A stretch of DNA of 64,000 bases from Azolla caroliniana (GCA_043228905.1 JBHGNT010000018.1:13888001-13952000), one strand, 5' to 3'. Counted from the stretch's first letter, positions 23,484-38,695 are shown. Notes: a model not told the origin generated them from the sequence alone. Numbers and translations: made by a program.

Positions 23484-26174
23484 TGTTGAGAGACAAGCTC
23501 AACATGAGCCGGATCGGCCGAAGAAGCCAATAGTCCAGTCAATTGAGGAGGATTAGCTGCAGAAGCCGAATACCAGATCGTTTGGGACCCGATAGGCCAT
23601 TAGAGGCCTACATTCCTATTTTAGTAAATAGGAATACTATAGACATTAGTGTTAGAGTTCACGTGTGAGCATTCAAGTACTTGTCAATACTTGAGTTAGC
23701 CCATGTTAGAGGCTTGTATAAAGAGTGCTCACTGAGCACATTTTGATGTACAAAGTGTTGTTATTTTGAATAGAATTTGTGTTGCCTATTCCCAATGTCT
23801 CCCCCGCTCTCTGTGTACCTTCCATACTCTATGTATTCCTAATCTTCTTTTGATGTCCATCTGAGCTGGATGTGTCTTGCGTACGAGCTTCCACAACTAA
23901 TTCTTTTCATGTTATAAGAGTGCAAGGGTTGAGAAGAGTCCTCTGTAGCCGACAAGCATTTCAGCACAGACAAGCTTTTGAATCTCTAGACAAGACTGAG
24001 AAGAAAATGGACAGAGGAATGGGCAACTCACTTTGACAGAAAAGCTCGGCAAGAGAAACTATACATCTTGGGCATATAAGATGCACCAGTACCTGCTCAG
24101 ACACAAGTACTAGAGTTATGTGGAAGGAGTGAATGATGCAGCACCGAAGCCGTCACACAGAGACTTTCCAACTTGGGAGCAAGCAACAAATAGAGTCTTG
24201 TATGAGTGATCATATGTTCAACTACATCCGGGATGCAAAGTCGTTGAAGGATGCTTGGGGAACCTAAAAAAGGTCTTCGTCGCCAACACCACGGCCCGAA
24301 TGTTGCAGCTATGCCAATAGCTCAACAATGTTTAACAAGGAGGTATGTTAGTCATGGACTACACCACCAAGATCAAACAAATCTGTGATTCATTTGGGTC
24401 CATCAACATTTCGGTAGACAAAGAGGAGAAGGTGTAGATCTGCCTTGGTGGGTTAGCTCAGAAATACGGGCAAATTTGGATGGCTATATGCACGAGGGAG
24501 AAACCTCTGTTGTTTTTCGACTTATAGTCGATGCTCCTCGTAGAGAAGAACCACATGGGTGCGTCGATGAACAAGCACGCTGATAGCAAGATGTACACGG
24601 AGGTGGATCGACACACAATGGAGGTGGCCGACAAATGCAGAATCAGAGGCACAGGGGTGCCAACTGTAGTAATGGACCCTCCATGAGTAGGGGGAGCCAA
24701 GGTGGAGCCAGAGCCGGCAAAACAAAGCCACCAACTGTTGGTATTGTGGCCGGAAGGGCCACAAGGAGAGCGAGTGTTGGAAAAAGAAATCAGATTCAGA
24801 CAAAGCCGAATCGAGCCATGTCGATGGAGAAAGGCAGCAAAGATAGCACTACGCCAAAGGCTCGAGGTAAGCCAAAATAGGACCCGCCTTTGTGATGAAG
24901 CACAAGGCCAATTTGATGGTGGTGTGCAGCTCGAAACCGAAGGAGGTGCGGTATGTGGATTTCGGCACATTGAACCACATGATGAACCATAAGGAATGGT
25001 TCTCAACATTGGAGAAGCCGGAACAACCGGGGGTCGTCGAAACTGGCGATGGCACCTCTCACCCCATCGAGCACACTGGAGACATCCCTCTGAGCCATGT
25101 CACCTAGAGAGGAATAATGAGGAATGTCTTGCACGTCCTGACGATCACCGAGAACCTGGTGTTAGCCAGACAAATTTTTGATCTGGGGATGTAGGTCAGG
25201 TTCAGGCATCTCGGGTGCTTCATCGAGGAGGAAGGCTGAATTATAGCAAAAGGGTGTAGAGAAGGGAGGATGTTCATCCTCGAAACAAACGACATCGACA
25301 CCGCAATGTTTGCAAAAGGTCAGAAGATTGAATTGGATATCGACCTGTAGAACAAGCGTGTCAGCCACCTCAACTTCCCCAAGCTTCAGGAGATGTAGGA
25401 GAAACAGGTGGTGTTCAGCTTGCCGAAATTCAATGGCTGAAAGGGCCAAGTCTGTGAAGCTTGTCAATTCGGGAAGCAACACTGGCTTCCTTTCCCTATT
25501 GAGTGTAATCAGAGTCGTAACAAGCTTGATTTGATCCATATAGATGTTTGAGAACCAGCACAAAATGTAAGCATCGAAGGGAGTCAATATTTCATCACCT
25601 TCATTGATGACTTTACTTGGCATACCTAGGCATGTCTAATCGAAAAGAAGAGCAAAGTCTTCTCCTGATTCTTGAAAGTTAAAAGCCTTGCCATACATGA
25701 AACAGGTTAAAAAATCAAATGTCTAAGGTCCAATGGCGAGAAAGAGTACTTTTGCGACCAATTCTTTAGTTATTTGCAGAAGGAGGGAATTCAACGTGAT
25801 TCTCCTGCAGATACACACCGAGGAAAATAATATGGCCAAAAGGAAGAACCGGACAATCGAAGAAGCGGCGAAGGTGATGCTGGAAGAGAAGAGTATGCCC
25901 AAGTTTTACTAAGTTGAAGCGGTCAGAATGACTGTTAACCTTCAGAATCAGATTTCTGCAACTAGAGGCAAAGTGTTGCCACATGCGTTGTACTTCGAGA
26001 AGAAGACAAACTTGGTGTTGTTGAGGGTGTTCGATAGCATATGTGCATCTGCCGAAGGAGAAACCGAGGAAGTTGGATGCCAAAGCTGAGAAGTGTATCT
26101 TGGTCGCCTACTCAAACGAGCCGAAGGATTATAAATGTTCTAACCCCTGAACCAAACAGGTAAGAGTTAGTCAT
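23484..26174 (+). mobile_element. Degenerate 3'-truncated copia (family D): LTR, gag, PR, INT
   Basis: The LTR start TGTTGAGAGACAAGCTCAAC is shared with 58909 and with 38589 on the minus strand. Also present are a decayed PBS near 23910, gag NYTSWAYKMHQYL, PR YVDFGTLNHM and INT KLDAKAEKCILV. Confidence 0.8.
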
Positions 26175-26963
26175 TGTCGCGATATTCTGCCGGTATGTGT
26201 TGGATTGGGGTAGGATCACTGGGGTCTTGAACCAAAGAAGTAGAGAGAGAGAGATTATCCGAATGTAACACAAGCACACGGGCCTTCTATGTGATCTAAT
26301 CTGGACTTGTTGCCAGATTCCAGAGGACAAGCACACGAGCTCAAGATGCAAATGAACACGAGAGGGTAAACAAAAGACAAAGGCAAGGATGCTCCGATCA
26401 CAAAGAGAGACAAAAAATTTAATGATTAAACGGAAAACAAGGAGGTTACAATCAGACTCGGCCGGTGACAGAGCTTTGAGCTCTACACACGCACACACAT
26501 GGATATAGGTGAGCCTTTTGTCAACAGCACACGAGTTTCCTTTGTGAACAGAGGGCTCACCAACTCGTGAAGGATAAACAACATAGGGAATCGATAGAGT
26601 TCCGAATCGCAAACTGGTACCACTTCGACCTCTAAAACGATGTATCTTGTCCTCAGTCTTCTCTCCCTCCTTTTATAGCTCAAGGAGAGAGAGAGGAGTC
26701 GTTAAATTAGGCCGTTAAGACAACCACTTTCTTTCCTTGATTCTCTCCTCGATCTCCTCCTATTGATCACCTTTACTCTTCTCTATTCGTGTGATCATAA
26801 AGTACCTATTAAATCACTCCTACTTACTATTCATCAACACTCAAACTAATACTATGTTATTTACAACCTATAGTACATTAGACTCTTTTGTGTGCATCCG
26901 TGCACACCCCTGTTCCTACGCATTCGGTGAGTTTTCTCCTAGTAGCCCTAATTCACCATGACA
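26175..26963 (-). repeat. Family A LTR
   Basis: TGTCGCG…CCATGACA, similar to 19707-20574 and 40615-40880. No matching TSD. Confidence 0.75.
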
Positions 26964-27980
26964 TCCACCCCCACCAAACCGCACATTCTCCGGTATGTGC
27001 CAATCTAGTGAAGTATAGGGATTCTTCTTTGGCACTGTGAAAATTGATTCGAATATGGTGCACTCAACGGCTCAGGAATTCCCATGTCGACCTTTTCCTT
27101 GAGCAATTCCATCAACTTTGGGATGTGAGCTCTCAACAACGAAATCGGTTTGAGATTCCACGGTACATGCGGTACCTTGAAAATCACCATCGGTTCCACG
27201 ATTGTCAGGTTGATGCACCCGATCTCCCCTGGTGAGAATGCAAAGGCTTTTCCATGCCTTTCGAGCATTCTCCGAAATTGGTCCTCTGCTGGTAGTAGAA
27301 AGCCATCCCCACCGATCTTTAACTTCCGTAGTGTCTCGTCGGTGAACTGGTGCCCTATGCCAGCCGGATCTTGTAGGCTTGGGTCCAGCTGTCCTCTGGT
27401 AAGGGTGCCATGACTGGCCTTTCCTTTCGGTCCACAGTCTTGTACTTGGTGTTGACTCGGGCAATCGGATCCGATCCGGCCATCCTTTCAAAGTTCACGA
27501 TGACTTCATACATTTCGACTGAACTTACCGGAATCACCCGGTCTTTGTTGAGATCCTCTTCGATTATCATCTTGATTTCCCCAAGGGTGTCATTAAATGA
27601 GACCGCCTCCACGATGCCACTGATCTCATTGTCGGGGCCCAAGGCTCCGCATGCTTCAAGCGCTCCTCGACTTGTCTTTTCTCCTGGCAACCTATGCCGG
27701 TTATGGTACATCCTCCATTAACAGAGGGCCAAAATTTCCTACCTATTGTACAAGTGTGGGGTTTCTGGAGACTATCTGGACTATCGTGACTGCACACCTT
27801 GATAACCCCTTCTAAAAATCTCTTAGCACTCAGTGCAGAGGGAGTTTCATTTCCTCTCGTGGTTCGACCGAATTGTCAAAGTCAGGATGGAGTGCCGACC
27901 ATCCCGACTCTTCCCCCTTGCGTATGCCGAATAGTTGTCCAACACCTTGGTCTCCATTTGAGCCGCCGTGATGTAGGGTT

Positions 27981-30900
27981 TGTTGGGAAATTGGTCTCTC
28001 CGGATGGGACCCGGTGATGAATATAGAGGACATGGTGAGAACCAGAAGAGAGAGCTGGTGAGAACCGAAAGAGAAGACATATCTGGAAATATGTTTTGAG
28101 TAAGCCTATTGAGGCTATATTTGTTAATAGCCCTAAGTTCATATAAGTATAAATATGACTTAGGGCAATCACTTTGTATTATGATCATTGTTGTGGTGGT
28201 AACTGTGGTACAAAGAACGATAGAGAGAGAGTGTGTGAGATACAGAGAAATACTCTGTTGTAACCGCCGGTTGGCGAAGATACAGAGCTCGAGGTTGTTA
28301 CCTCCAAGGCTCTGATTGTACATTTCTCCCATAGTGATAGTTGGATTCTGTGGGCTCCCGTGGTTTTTCCCTATTTGGGTTTTCCACGTAAACATCCTGT
28401 GTACTTCTTTATGTGTGTACTTCTATTCCATTCCTGTGTTGCACTCTTATCGTAGTGATTCAAGACTCGGTTGTGACCGAGCAATATTACGCGCTATTCC
28501 TCGCAATCTAGTATCAGAGCGAACAACACAGAAAATGGAAAAATCGTTTGGCGGCTTGTTCAAGCTCACCGGCTCCAACTACTCAGTGTGGAAGTCGATG
28601 ATGAGGGATATGCTGGTGGTCAAAGATCTTTGGTTTCCGGTTCAGTTTAGGGACAAGAGGCTGGATAAGATCAACGCCACAGTGTGGGAGGTGATGCACA
28701 GAAGACGATGGCATACATCTGGTGCTTCATCGGCATGAGCCTATACAACAACTTCAATGTAGAAAGTAAGGCCCATGAACTCTGGGAGAAGATCGGCATC
28801 ATGTTCCAAAACAAGAATGTTGTTAATCGGGTTTTGTTATTCCGGAAGCTAGTGAGGCTCCGGTACCAAGATGGCTCCAGTATGGCAGAGCACATGAATG
28901 CCTTCCAGGGGCTAATACATCAAACAACCTCGTTGGAAGTACCTCGAGCCTGGAAGATCAACACACTGTACTTGATGAATGCCCGGATTTGCCGAGAAGA
29001 AGTGAACATAGCATCTGACACTGTCAGTGAGCTGTGGCACAAAAGACTATGTCACATGAGTGAGAAGGGGATGAAAAGACTTGTTGATGACAATCTCATT
29101 CCGGTGAAGGATGTGCATCTTGAGAAGTGCACTAATTGCTTAGCCGACAAGCAAAACCGAACCTCCTTCCGGTCAAGACCACCGATGAGACGGAATGCAC
29201 CATTGGAGCTGGTGCATATCGATGTGTCTCAAGTCGACACGAAGTCAGATGCCGGATCACAGTACTTCTTGACGTTCATAGATGACCACGGCTGGAAGCT
29301 GTGGGTCTCACCGTTGAGAACGAAGGACCAAGTGCTATCCGTCTTCAAGGAGCTCCACGTGAGAGTGGAAAGAGAAACCTACCGGAAGCTGACGGCTGTT
29401 TGAGCAAATAACAGAGGAGAATACCGGGGGCAGTTCGAGGAGTATTGCTAGTCAAAGGGAATCCGGCTCGAGTTTACTGTGCCGAACACGCTGGAACTAA
29501 ACGGGTTGGCCGAAAGGATGAACTAGACCATAATGGAGAGAGTCCGGAGCATGCTCGCACATGCCAAGTTACCCAAGACGTTTTGGGCTGAGGCACTGAC
29601 AACGACGAACTATGTGATAAATAGATCACCCTCAGTACCCTTGGGAGGAGACTCACCTCAGAAGGTATGGACCGGCAAAGATGTATCTTACCGGCATCCG
29701 AAGGTGTTTGGGTGTCTCGCATACGTGCATGTGGCAAAGGACAAGAGAGCAAAGCTGGACCCGAAGTCCCGGCCATGCATATTCCTTGGATACGGTGACG
29801 ATGAGTTCAATTACCGAGTGTGGGATTTGGTCGACAAGAAGGTATTCCGGAGTCGGGACATAGTCTTCATGGAAGACAAGACCATTGCTGACTAGGAGTC
29901 GTAGGAGAAGATGACCAACTCTGGATCATCTAATGAAAACTAGCCTGAGGACACAAGGACCTCCTCGGTTGAAATCCGGATGTTAGCCGGTAATCGGATG
30001 ACACTCGACGAACCGGTCGGATTCGGACAAGAAACTGAACTGACCGAAGAAGAAGAAGAAGAAGACACCAGAACCGGACAAGATCCCGAATCAGATTCGG
30101 ATTCGGAACAGACGGAGGAACCGATAGTCAGAAACCAAGGACATAATATCCTCTCTGGGAGAGAAGAGCCCCCGGAGATTTCCGGATGCAGAGCATGTGT
30201 TGCTAACCGATGAGGGGGAGCTGGAAAGCTTTGAAGAAGCAAGGGGAGACACTCACAGCCGCAAGTGGTTAAGTACCATGCAGGATGAGATGGATTCCTT
30301 GCATGAGAACCACACATACAAATTGGTAGAGTTGCCGAAAGGAAAGAGGGCACTCCGGAACAAGTGGGTGTACAAGCAGAAACCAGGAGATGTCAGAAAT
30401 CCACCAAGGTATAAGGACCGAATCGTGGTGAAGGGCTTCCAGCAGAAGAAAGGAGTGTACTTCAATGAGATCTTTGCCCCGGTAGTAAAGATGACATCCA
30501 TCCGGACGGTATTGGGCATAGTGGCAAGCATGGACCTCGAGGTAGAGCAGCTAGACGTGAACACATCATTCCTCCATGGTGACCTCGAAGAGGAGATCCA
30601 CATGCATCAACCGGAAGGATTTGAGAAGAAAGGGAAGGAGCACCTGGTGTGCCGGCTGAAGAAGAGCCTATACGAACTGAAGCAAGCCCCCCGGCAATGG
30701 TACCGGAAGTTCGACTCCTTCATGACCGACCAAGGGTACCACAAGATGCAAGCCGATCATTGCGTGTTTGTGATGAAATTTGACGGAGGAGACTTCTTGA
30801 TACTCCTCCTATATGTGGATGATATGCTGATCGTCGGACGAGAGCAAGTCGAAATACGAATGTTGAAGAGAGCACTGGAACGCAGTCAAGTGGATACTCT

Positions 30901-31961
30901 AGTATTTGAAAGGCACCTCGAGCATGTGCCTCTAATTCGGTTTCGGTAAAACCCAACTTGACGGATTCATGGATTCGGATATGTCGGCTGATGCGGATAC
31001 CAGCCGGTCTACATCCGGATATGCCATGACGTATGTAGGGGGAGCTGTAGAAGATGGTTGTAGAAGACGGTTGCATTGTCAACCACGGAGGCAGAGTACA
31101 TGGTAGTTGTAGAAGCTGGCAAGGAGATAATTTGGATGAAGGACTTCATCGGAGAGCAAGGGATCCAATAGGAGGAATACCGGCTCTCTTCCGACAGTCA
31201 AAGTGTCATCCACCTTGCAAAGAACACGACCTACCATTCCTGGACAAAGCATATCCAGCGGAGGTACCACTGGATCCAGGAAAGAATAGAAGATCAAGAG
31301 TTCATGCTGACAAAAATCCACACGGAGGAGAACGGGTCGGACATGCTGACCAAGGTCCTGACAACCGACAAGCTCGACGTGTGCCGAAAGTGGATCAGCC
31401 TGACAAGATATCCCATGCCGTAGTGAAGGGGGAGATTGTTGGGAAATCGGTCTCTCTGGATGGGATCCGGTGATGAATATAGAGGACCCGGTGAGAACCG
31501 AAAGAGAGAGCCGGTGAGAACCGAAAGAGAAGACATATCTGGAAATATGTTTTGAGTAAGCCTATTGAGGCTATATTTGTAAATAGCCCTAAGTTCATAG
31601 AAGTATAAATATGACTTAGGGCAATCACTTTGTATTATGATCATTGTTGTGGTGGTAATTGTGGTACAAAGAACGATAGAGAGAGAGTGTGTGAGATACA
31701 GAGAGATACTCTATTGTAACCGCCGGTTGGTGAAGATACAGAGCTCGAGGTCGTTGCCTCTGAGGCTCTGATTGTACATTTCTCCCATAGTGATAGTTGG
31801 ATTCTGTGGGCTCCCATGGTTTTTCCCTATTTGGGTTTTCCACGTAAACATCCTGTGTACTTCTTTATGTGTGTACATCTATTCCATTCATGTGTCGCAC
31901 TCTTATCATAACAATTCAAGACTCGGTTGTGACCAAGCAATATTCCGCGCTATTCCTCACA
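27981..31961 (+). mobile_element. Internally deleted Ty1/copia E (Tnt1/Tork-like)
   Basis: It has 525-bp LTRs (27981-28505 and 31437-31961), a PBS TAGTATCAGAGC, a PPT GAAGGGGGAG and a TSD GGGTT/GGTTT with one mismatch. Gag is fused to INT by a deletion near 28945, and the RT has YVDD. Confidence 0.92.
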
Positions 31962-33248
31962 GGTTTTGCAGAGTATAACTAGATGCGACGATGTCGCATG
32001 TACGAAGAAGTGTTGGTCTATCTCGATGTCACCGACCTTCACTTTGATGTTCGGGCATGCCCCATGTAGTTCCTTCGTAGCGCAAGTCGCCACACGTATC
32101 TTCCAGTCGTGCTTTGTGTTGATTGGCCACTTTCCCTTTCTATAGAAGTCCATTGACATCATGTTTATCTCCGATCCATGGTCGATCAGAGCCACCACTG
32201 GTTCTTTCACGTCCTCGATCCGAACCAGGGTCTCCGTTGGTTCTCTTGCCCAATACGGCTGCATGTAGTGGCTTTCGGCATATTCTTCTTCCACCACCAC
32301 CTCATCGATGAGCGCCACCTTGACCTCGACCGACTTCTCGTTTTTAGGCTCCGTCGAGAGCCGCTTTCTCTTCACGAGTTCAATGATGGAGACGTGGAAC
32401 TCTTTCTTTGCTATTCCCAGTACTTCACATAGTGAGAGCTCCACCCGACTATCGAGGACCCGCTCCTCCAAGACCTTTTGTAGGTTTGTTGTCTTCTCAA
32501 TTTCCTAGCTCAGTCGGAAGCTTGGAAATTTCTCTTTTGCTTTCTCCTACGACCTGGCCTGACCACCATCACTTCTCTTCGGTCCGCTCTAGGTGTCCTA
32601 TCTCCTCAAAGGGCCTACACCTCCGGCCTTTCCGACCCACCTGTCTTTAACCAGAACCTCACAGTTCTGGCACGCTGCTTCCAGGAAGCCAATCTTCTCC
32701 TCCACCAAATCATCCCATCCGGTGACCCCTCGAACATGTATCTTTGCACGACCCGCCTCTTCCTTCCTCAACTACTTCCCGGAGAAGCCTTTGAGCATAA
32801 CTAGCCAAAACCCGATGTCCTTTCCCGCCTTGGCGTTCTCCCCTTTGACCCGAATATCGGCCGTCATAGAGTAGTGGATGGTGTCACGAACACACCAACT
32901 GCGGACTTGGACAAAGCACAGAAGATGGGGCTACGAGTGTGGAACTTAAGAAGCTAGAAATGACAAAAGAGCTTGAAGATAGAGATGAAGAAGGAGGCAA
33001 GTTGGAATGAAACAAGAATACTAGATTGATGTGTCAATGACTGGCATTGAATTCCTTGAAAGGAACCATGAAGGTTACAAGTATTTATACAAGTTCTGGG
33101 ATTGAATATCTCTAGAATATACTCAAGAAATATCTCTAGAATATACCCGTATGGTATATACGGTACAATATTTCTAGAATATACTAACGACTAGAATATT
33201 TTGATTCTAAAATGTACTATATGCAAGACTATAGAATACTAAACTATT

Positions 33249-36200
33249 TGTAAAAGTTAATATGCGGAAGCTTTGACAAATCGGTTTATTCGGATAGCAA
33301 CAGAAAACAGAGACAAGTTTAATGGAAACCTTACAAAACACAAATAGAGAGTGAGAGAGACTGAGAGAGAAGAATAGTTTACTAAACTATTTGTAAAAGT
33401 TAATATGCGGAAGCTTTGACAAACCGGTTTATTTGGATAACAACAGAAAACAGAGACAAGTTTAATGGAAACCTTACAAAACACAGATAGAGATTGAGAG
33501 AGACTGAGAGAGAAGAATAACACTCTGTACATGCAATGTGCTCTGTGAGCACTTTTATACAAGTCCTTAAAAGGACTGACAGAAGTACTGACAAGTACTT
33601 CAATGCTCATACGAGTCACAAACACTAACTCCTAAAAGTATGCCTACGTACTAGGTTAGATTCGTAGGCCCCTAATGGCCTACTGGTTACTATCTGATAC
33701 GGCTCTCCGATCCAGATCCTAGTTCCAAATATTGATCCGGTTCTTCGTTCCGGACTCTGATCTGGCTCTGGCTCTGGCTTGTTTGCTCAACACTCCCCCT
33801 CAAGCTCAACTTGAGGTCGGATCACAGTGTCAATGTAAGTGGTAGCTGGTCCTCTCCTCTAGCTCCACCTAGCGTGCTCCTCGTCCGGTTCGGTTCTACT
33901 TTCCTCGACCCGTCCGGTTCCGCGCTCCTTGACCTTCTCGGTTAGCTTGTTTGCTCCTTGACCTAGCGTGCTCCTCGTTCGTTTGGCCTCCTATTGGTTC
34001 GGCTCCTCTGAATCGAACTCCTTTTCAGAATTGGTTGCCCCCGATTCGTTTCAACTCTTGTTTGAATTGGTGGTCTCCAATTAGTCATCAGTCTTTAGGC
34101 CCTTCACCAATTCGGACCACGTCCGGGTCTTGGCCTTCTCGTTCCGATCGGCTCTGCCCTTCTTGACTCTACCGCCGCCGTTGCTTGTTCCGACTTCATC
34201 GGATGTGCCGACTTCTTCAGTCGACTCGGCTTCCTTTTCCCTCTTGTCTCCCTCTGTTTTCCCGGTTTCCATTCCAGTTCTCCCCATATTAGTCCCGGTT
34301 CTCACCCTCAAGTGCGGCATGTAGAGATGTTGAAGAACAAGCATCTCCGAAAAATGTTGCAACTTGTCGATTCTAAGGGCCTTCGTGAAGATGTCGGCAA
34401 CCTGCCGATCCGTCCAAACATACCGGAGTTCTACTTCACCACTTAGGACCCGCTTGCGCACAAAGTGATAATGCACTTCTATGTGCTTCGTCCGAGCATG
34501 AAACACAAGGTTCTTGGCTAATTGCATGTTGCTCATGTTCTCGCAGTAGATCGGGATCGGAGTCAGTACTTTGATCCGTAGGTCTTGCAGCAGCAGTCGA
34601 AGCCAAATGGCGTCATAGGTTGCAACGGTAGGGCCTGATACTCATCCTTCGTGCTCGACAGAGCCACAGTTGGCTGCTTCTTGTTGCTCCACGCAACAAC
34701 CACACTACCCAGAGAAAACATGAATCCGGAAGTGGGCCGTCGATCCGACACATCTCTAGCCCAGTTGGCATATGTATAACTGACCAACTTTTCGGTTATA
34801 CCATGTCGGTATAACACTCGGTCCTTAGTGCCGCTGACATACCTCAGTATTTGGTGCACACACTAAAGGTGCTCCACGCTTGGCTTTTGCATAAACTAAC
34901 TGATCGCACCGACCGGATAGCTAATGTTGGGCCAAGTGATCGTTAAATAAATGAGGTTTTTGACAATTTTTCGGAACCTTTTCTCATCGCAGGCCGGTCT
35001 GGAGTCAGGACGAAGCTTTAGGTTCCGGTCTAGGGGTGTGGAAACTAGTCGGCAATTCGTCATGCTGAACTTGTACAACATATTCAATATATAATGTCGT
35101 TGTGTGAGCAATATGTCGTCGGGGATGTGGATCACTTTGATCCCGACGAAGTAATGATGGTCCCCGCAGCAACCGCTACCACCACACGAACCATTGTCAT
35201 CTTCACTACCGGAGGTGAAGGTCTCGTCGTAGTCGATTCCGTGGGTATGTGCGTATCCTTTTGCCACTAACTAGGCCTTGTACTGGTTGACTGAACCGTC
35301 AGCAATGTACTTTATCTTGTACCCCAACTTGCAACCAATCGGTTTGCAATGTCAGGGAGGGTCAATCAGGTCCCATGTACTCATTATATCCGTACCTTTT
35401 TATGAGGTTCTTCTAGCGGGTCGATCGACATAACTTCGCTTTCGCCGATTGCATGGCCCTCTTGGCCGGCTCGGAATTCGTTCCCGAAGATCCGTCTTCG
35501 TTCTTTTTGGAGTCAGATTCACTCCAATCCGACTCTTCTCTACAGGTGGCATATTCCAACATCTTCTTCGTCCCCTTGGTTCCTTGCACGGGGAGAGCAC
35601 AACTGAGTCTCCACTACTCGTTGGTTCATCATCGGACTAGTCATTCCAAGTGAGTCACTCATGCGGCCCACTTAGCCGGAATGAAATCAGACTCTCATCT
35701 AGAGTACCGAATCCTTCTTCATCTTCTACCCGGATCGTTTCGGGCTCACTGGCCTCATCCTTCATAATCGAACGAAATCGAACATTGGAGTCGCAAGAGA
35801 TTACCATGATGCTGACTCATCAAATTCGACATCTCGGCTCACTTGAACTTGTATCACTTATAACCCTTTTGGTCATGTGAGTGGATGACAAGGATGCACT
35901 TCTTTGACTTCGGGTCTAGCTTTCTCCGCTTCTCATCCGGCACATGCACATATGCAATGGTACTGAATATCTTAAGGTGCCTTAAATTCGCCTTCCGCCC
36001 GAAATACAACTCGTGTGCTAACACCTTATCCCCGATCTGGTTTTGGATGTAGATGGTCTTCCGGATCGCTTCGGCCCAATAGAACTTGGACATGCTCTTC
36101 TCTTCCAGCATTGCCCATGTCACCTCCACAATTGACCAGTTCTTCCTTTCAACCACAGCGTTTTGTTATGGTGTGTATCGGCAAGTGAATTCCCTCTGAA

Positions 36201-38589
36201 TTCTTGTCTGTTGTAGATAACTGTTGAATTGGCCGGAAAATTATTATTTTCTGCCATCCGACTGCAAGCACTTGATCTTCCTCTCCATTTCCCATTCTAC
36301 AAGACTTTACAGGTTCCGGAAACAGTCGAAAACTTTGCTTTTCCTTTCGATTAGTTAGATCCATGTATGTTGGTTGTAGTCGTCGATGAAGGAGACGAAA
36401 TATCGGCTCCCGCCAAGACTAACGTTCAATGTCGGTCCCCATACATCCGAATGTATTAGATCAAGCTTGTTACGGCTTCGGTTTCTTTCGGTGGGGAATG
36501 GAAGCCGGTGTTGCTTCCTGAGCTGGCAGGTTTCACAAATTTGGGCCTTCCGGACACTAAATTTTGGCAATCTGAAAACAACATGTTTCGATTGTAGGTC
36601 TTGAAGCCTATGATAGTTGACGTGGCCGATCCACTTGTGCCACAGGTCGATATCCGATTCGACCTTCTAACCTTTTGCAAACATAACGATGCCGACGTCG
36701 TTGGTGTCGAGGATGAACATCCTCCCATTCCAGCGCCCTTGCATGATGATCCGGCCCTCTTTCTCAATGAAGCACCCGATGTGTATAAACTGCACCCGCA
36801 TCCCCTAGTCGACGATCTAACCGACCAACACCAGATTCTTTGTGATTGTCAGGATGTGAAGCACGTTCATAAGATTCCCGTTTTGTCCGACATGACTCAA
36901 GGGAACTTCTTCGACATGCACGATCGGCTGAGGAGTTTCATCTCCGGTTTTGACAACTCCTGGTTTCTCCGACTTTTCCAAAAAACGAGAACCCCTCTTG
37001 ATGGCTTGTCATGTGGTTTGATGATCCGGAGTCAACGTACCACACTTCCTCCCATCTGGAAGTGGTCTTCTTCATCGAGTTCGCCTTGTGCTTCATCACA
37101 AAGGCTGGCCCTTTTTCGGTCTTACCGGTTCTGGATCCTTCTGATCCTTCTGCATAGTACGAGCTTTGTCGGTTCCCTTGTCCGGCCTTGCCGGATCCGG
37201 ATTTATCTGAATCAGTGCGCTTCTTCCAACACCCACTTTCCCAGTGACCCTTCTTGCCACAATACCAACATTCCGTGTTGGCTTTCGATTGCCGGTTTTC
37301 AATGCCGCCTTGACTCCCCCTACTATTGGAGGGTCCGGAACTGCTATCGGCACTATCTCTGTGCCTTCGGTTCAGCTCTTGCCAGTTTCCATTATTACGT
37401 GCTAACCCATGTCATCCTCCACACCCACGGGGTCAATCCGCCTCCATGTACAACATCCAGCTATCCGATTGAGTGGTCCTCGACCCACTAGCGTGGTTTT
37501 CGTTGACCATCAACATAGATTGCAGGTATAAGGACAATGGTTTCTCCCGGTTGCAAATCAATGTCCAGATTGGCCCGTACCATTGTGCTAGATCACTGAT
37601 ACAAATCTGGACCATCTCATCCTCGTCCACCATCACATTGATGGAACCGAGCGTGTCGTAGATCTCCTTGATCTTGGTGGTGTAGTCGATGACCAACATG
37701 TCCCGTTGCTAGATACTATTGAGCTCTTGCCAGAGCTACAACTTCCGAGCCATGGTACTTGCGGTGAAAATCTTCCGAAGCTTTTCCCAAGTCTCTTTCG
37801 GTGATTTTGCATCTCTAATGTAGCCAAGCATTTGGTCGTGCACACAGGATGCGAGGCAGTACAACACTCTGCTCGCTCCTTGTTCCCATACTGGGAAGTC
37901 CTTGTGTGCCAAATCCAGCGTTGCTTCATTCACTCCTTGCATGTAGCTCCAGTATCCATGCCCCATCAGGTACTGGTGCATTTTATACAACCAAGACGCA
38001 TAGTTGCTCCAATCAAGCTTTTCTGTTGGAAGCGAGCTCGCCTTGCTTCTGTCCATACCTTCTCTTTTCGGTCTGTTATTTTACTGGTGATTAGGGTTTG
38101 CCTTCAAAAGAAGAAACACTTGTCAGCAGCAGAGGTTCTCAACTCTCCCGCTTTGATACCATGTAAAAGCTAATATGCGGAAGCTTTGACAAACTGGTTT
38201 ATCCGGATAGCAACAAAAAACAGAGACAAGTTTAATGGAAACCTTACAAAACATAGATAGAGAGAGCAGAACAGTTTACTAAATCCAAAATAATAACACG
38301 TTGTACACACAATGTGCTCTGTGAGCACTTTTATACAAGTCCTTAAAAGGACTAACAGAAGTACAGACAAATACTTCAATGCTCATATGAGTGACTGACG
38401 CAGACTCCTAAAAGTATGCCTACGTACTAGGCTAGATTCGTAGGCCCCTAACGGGCTACTGGTTACAATCCGATCCGGCTCCTGGTTCCGGATACCATCC
38501 AGACACTGTTCCAATTCTTCGTTCCGTAATCTGATCCGGCTCTGACTTGTTCAGCCGAACCAGATCCAGTTGAGCTTGTCCACTCAACA
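33249..38589 (-). mobile_element. Full-length degenerate Ty1/copia D
   Basis: It has a TSD CTATT (33244-33248 and 38590-38594), LTRs at 33249-33792 and 38162-38589, a PBS TGGTATCAAAGC (38150-38161) and a PPT GAGGGGGAG. Gag, INT (HSDVWGP) and RT/RH (HARTKHIEVHYH) fragments are present. Confidence 0.93.
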
Positions 38590-38695
38590 CTATTATATAT
38601 AAATGCCTGCTCATATAAAAATGGTCAAGTATGACATCTTGCCGATGTGAGGTTGTAGGTTCAATCCTCACCAACTATGAATTTTATGTCACTTT

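Noticed and set aside
23118-23560. CRISPR-like repeats
   Set aside because: These are adjacent tandem units without unique spacers, there are no cas genes, and the context is eukaryotic LTR sequence.
36601-37491. 296-aa plus-strand ORF
   Set aside because: It is antisense to copia D gag-PR.
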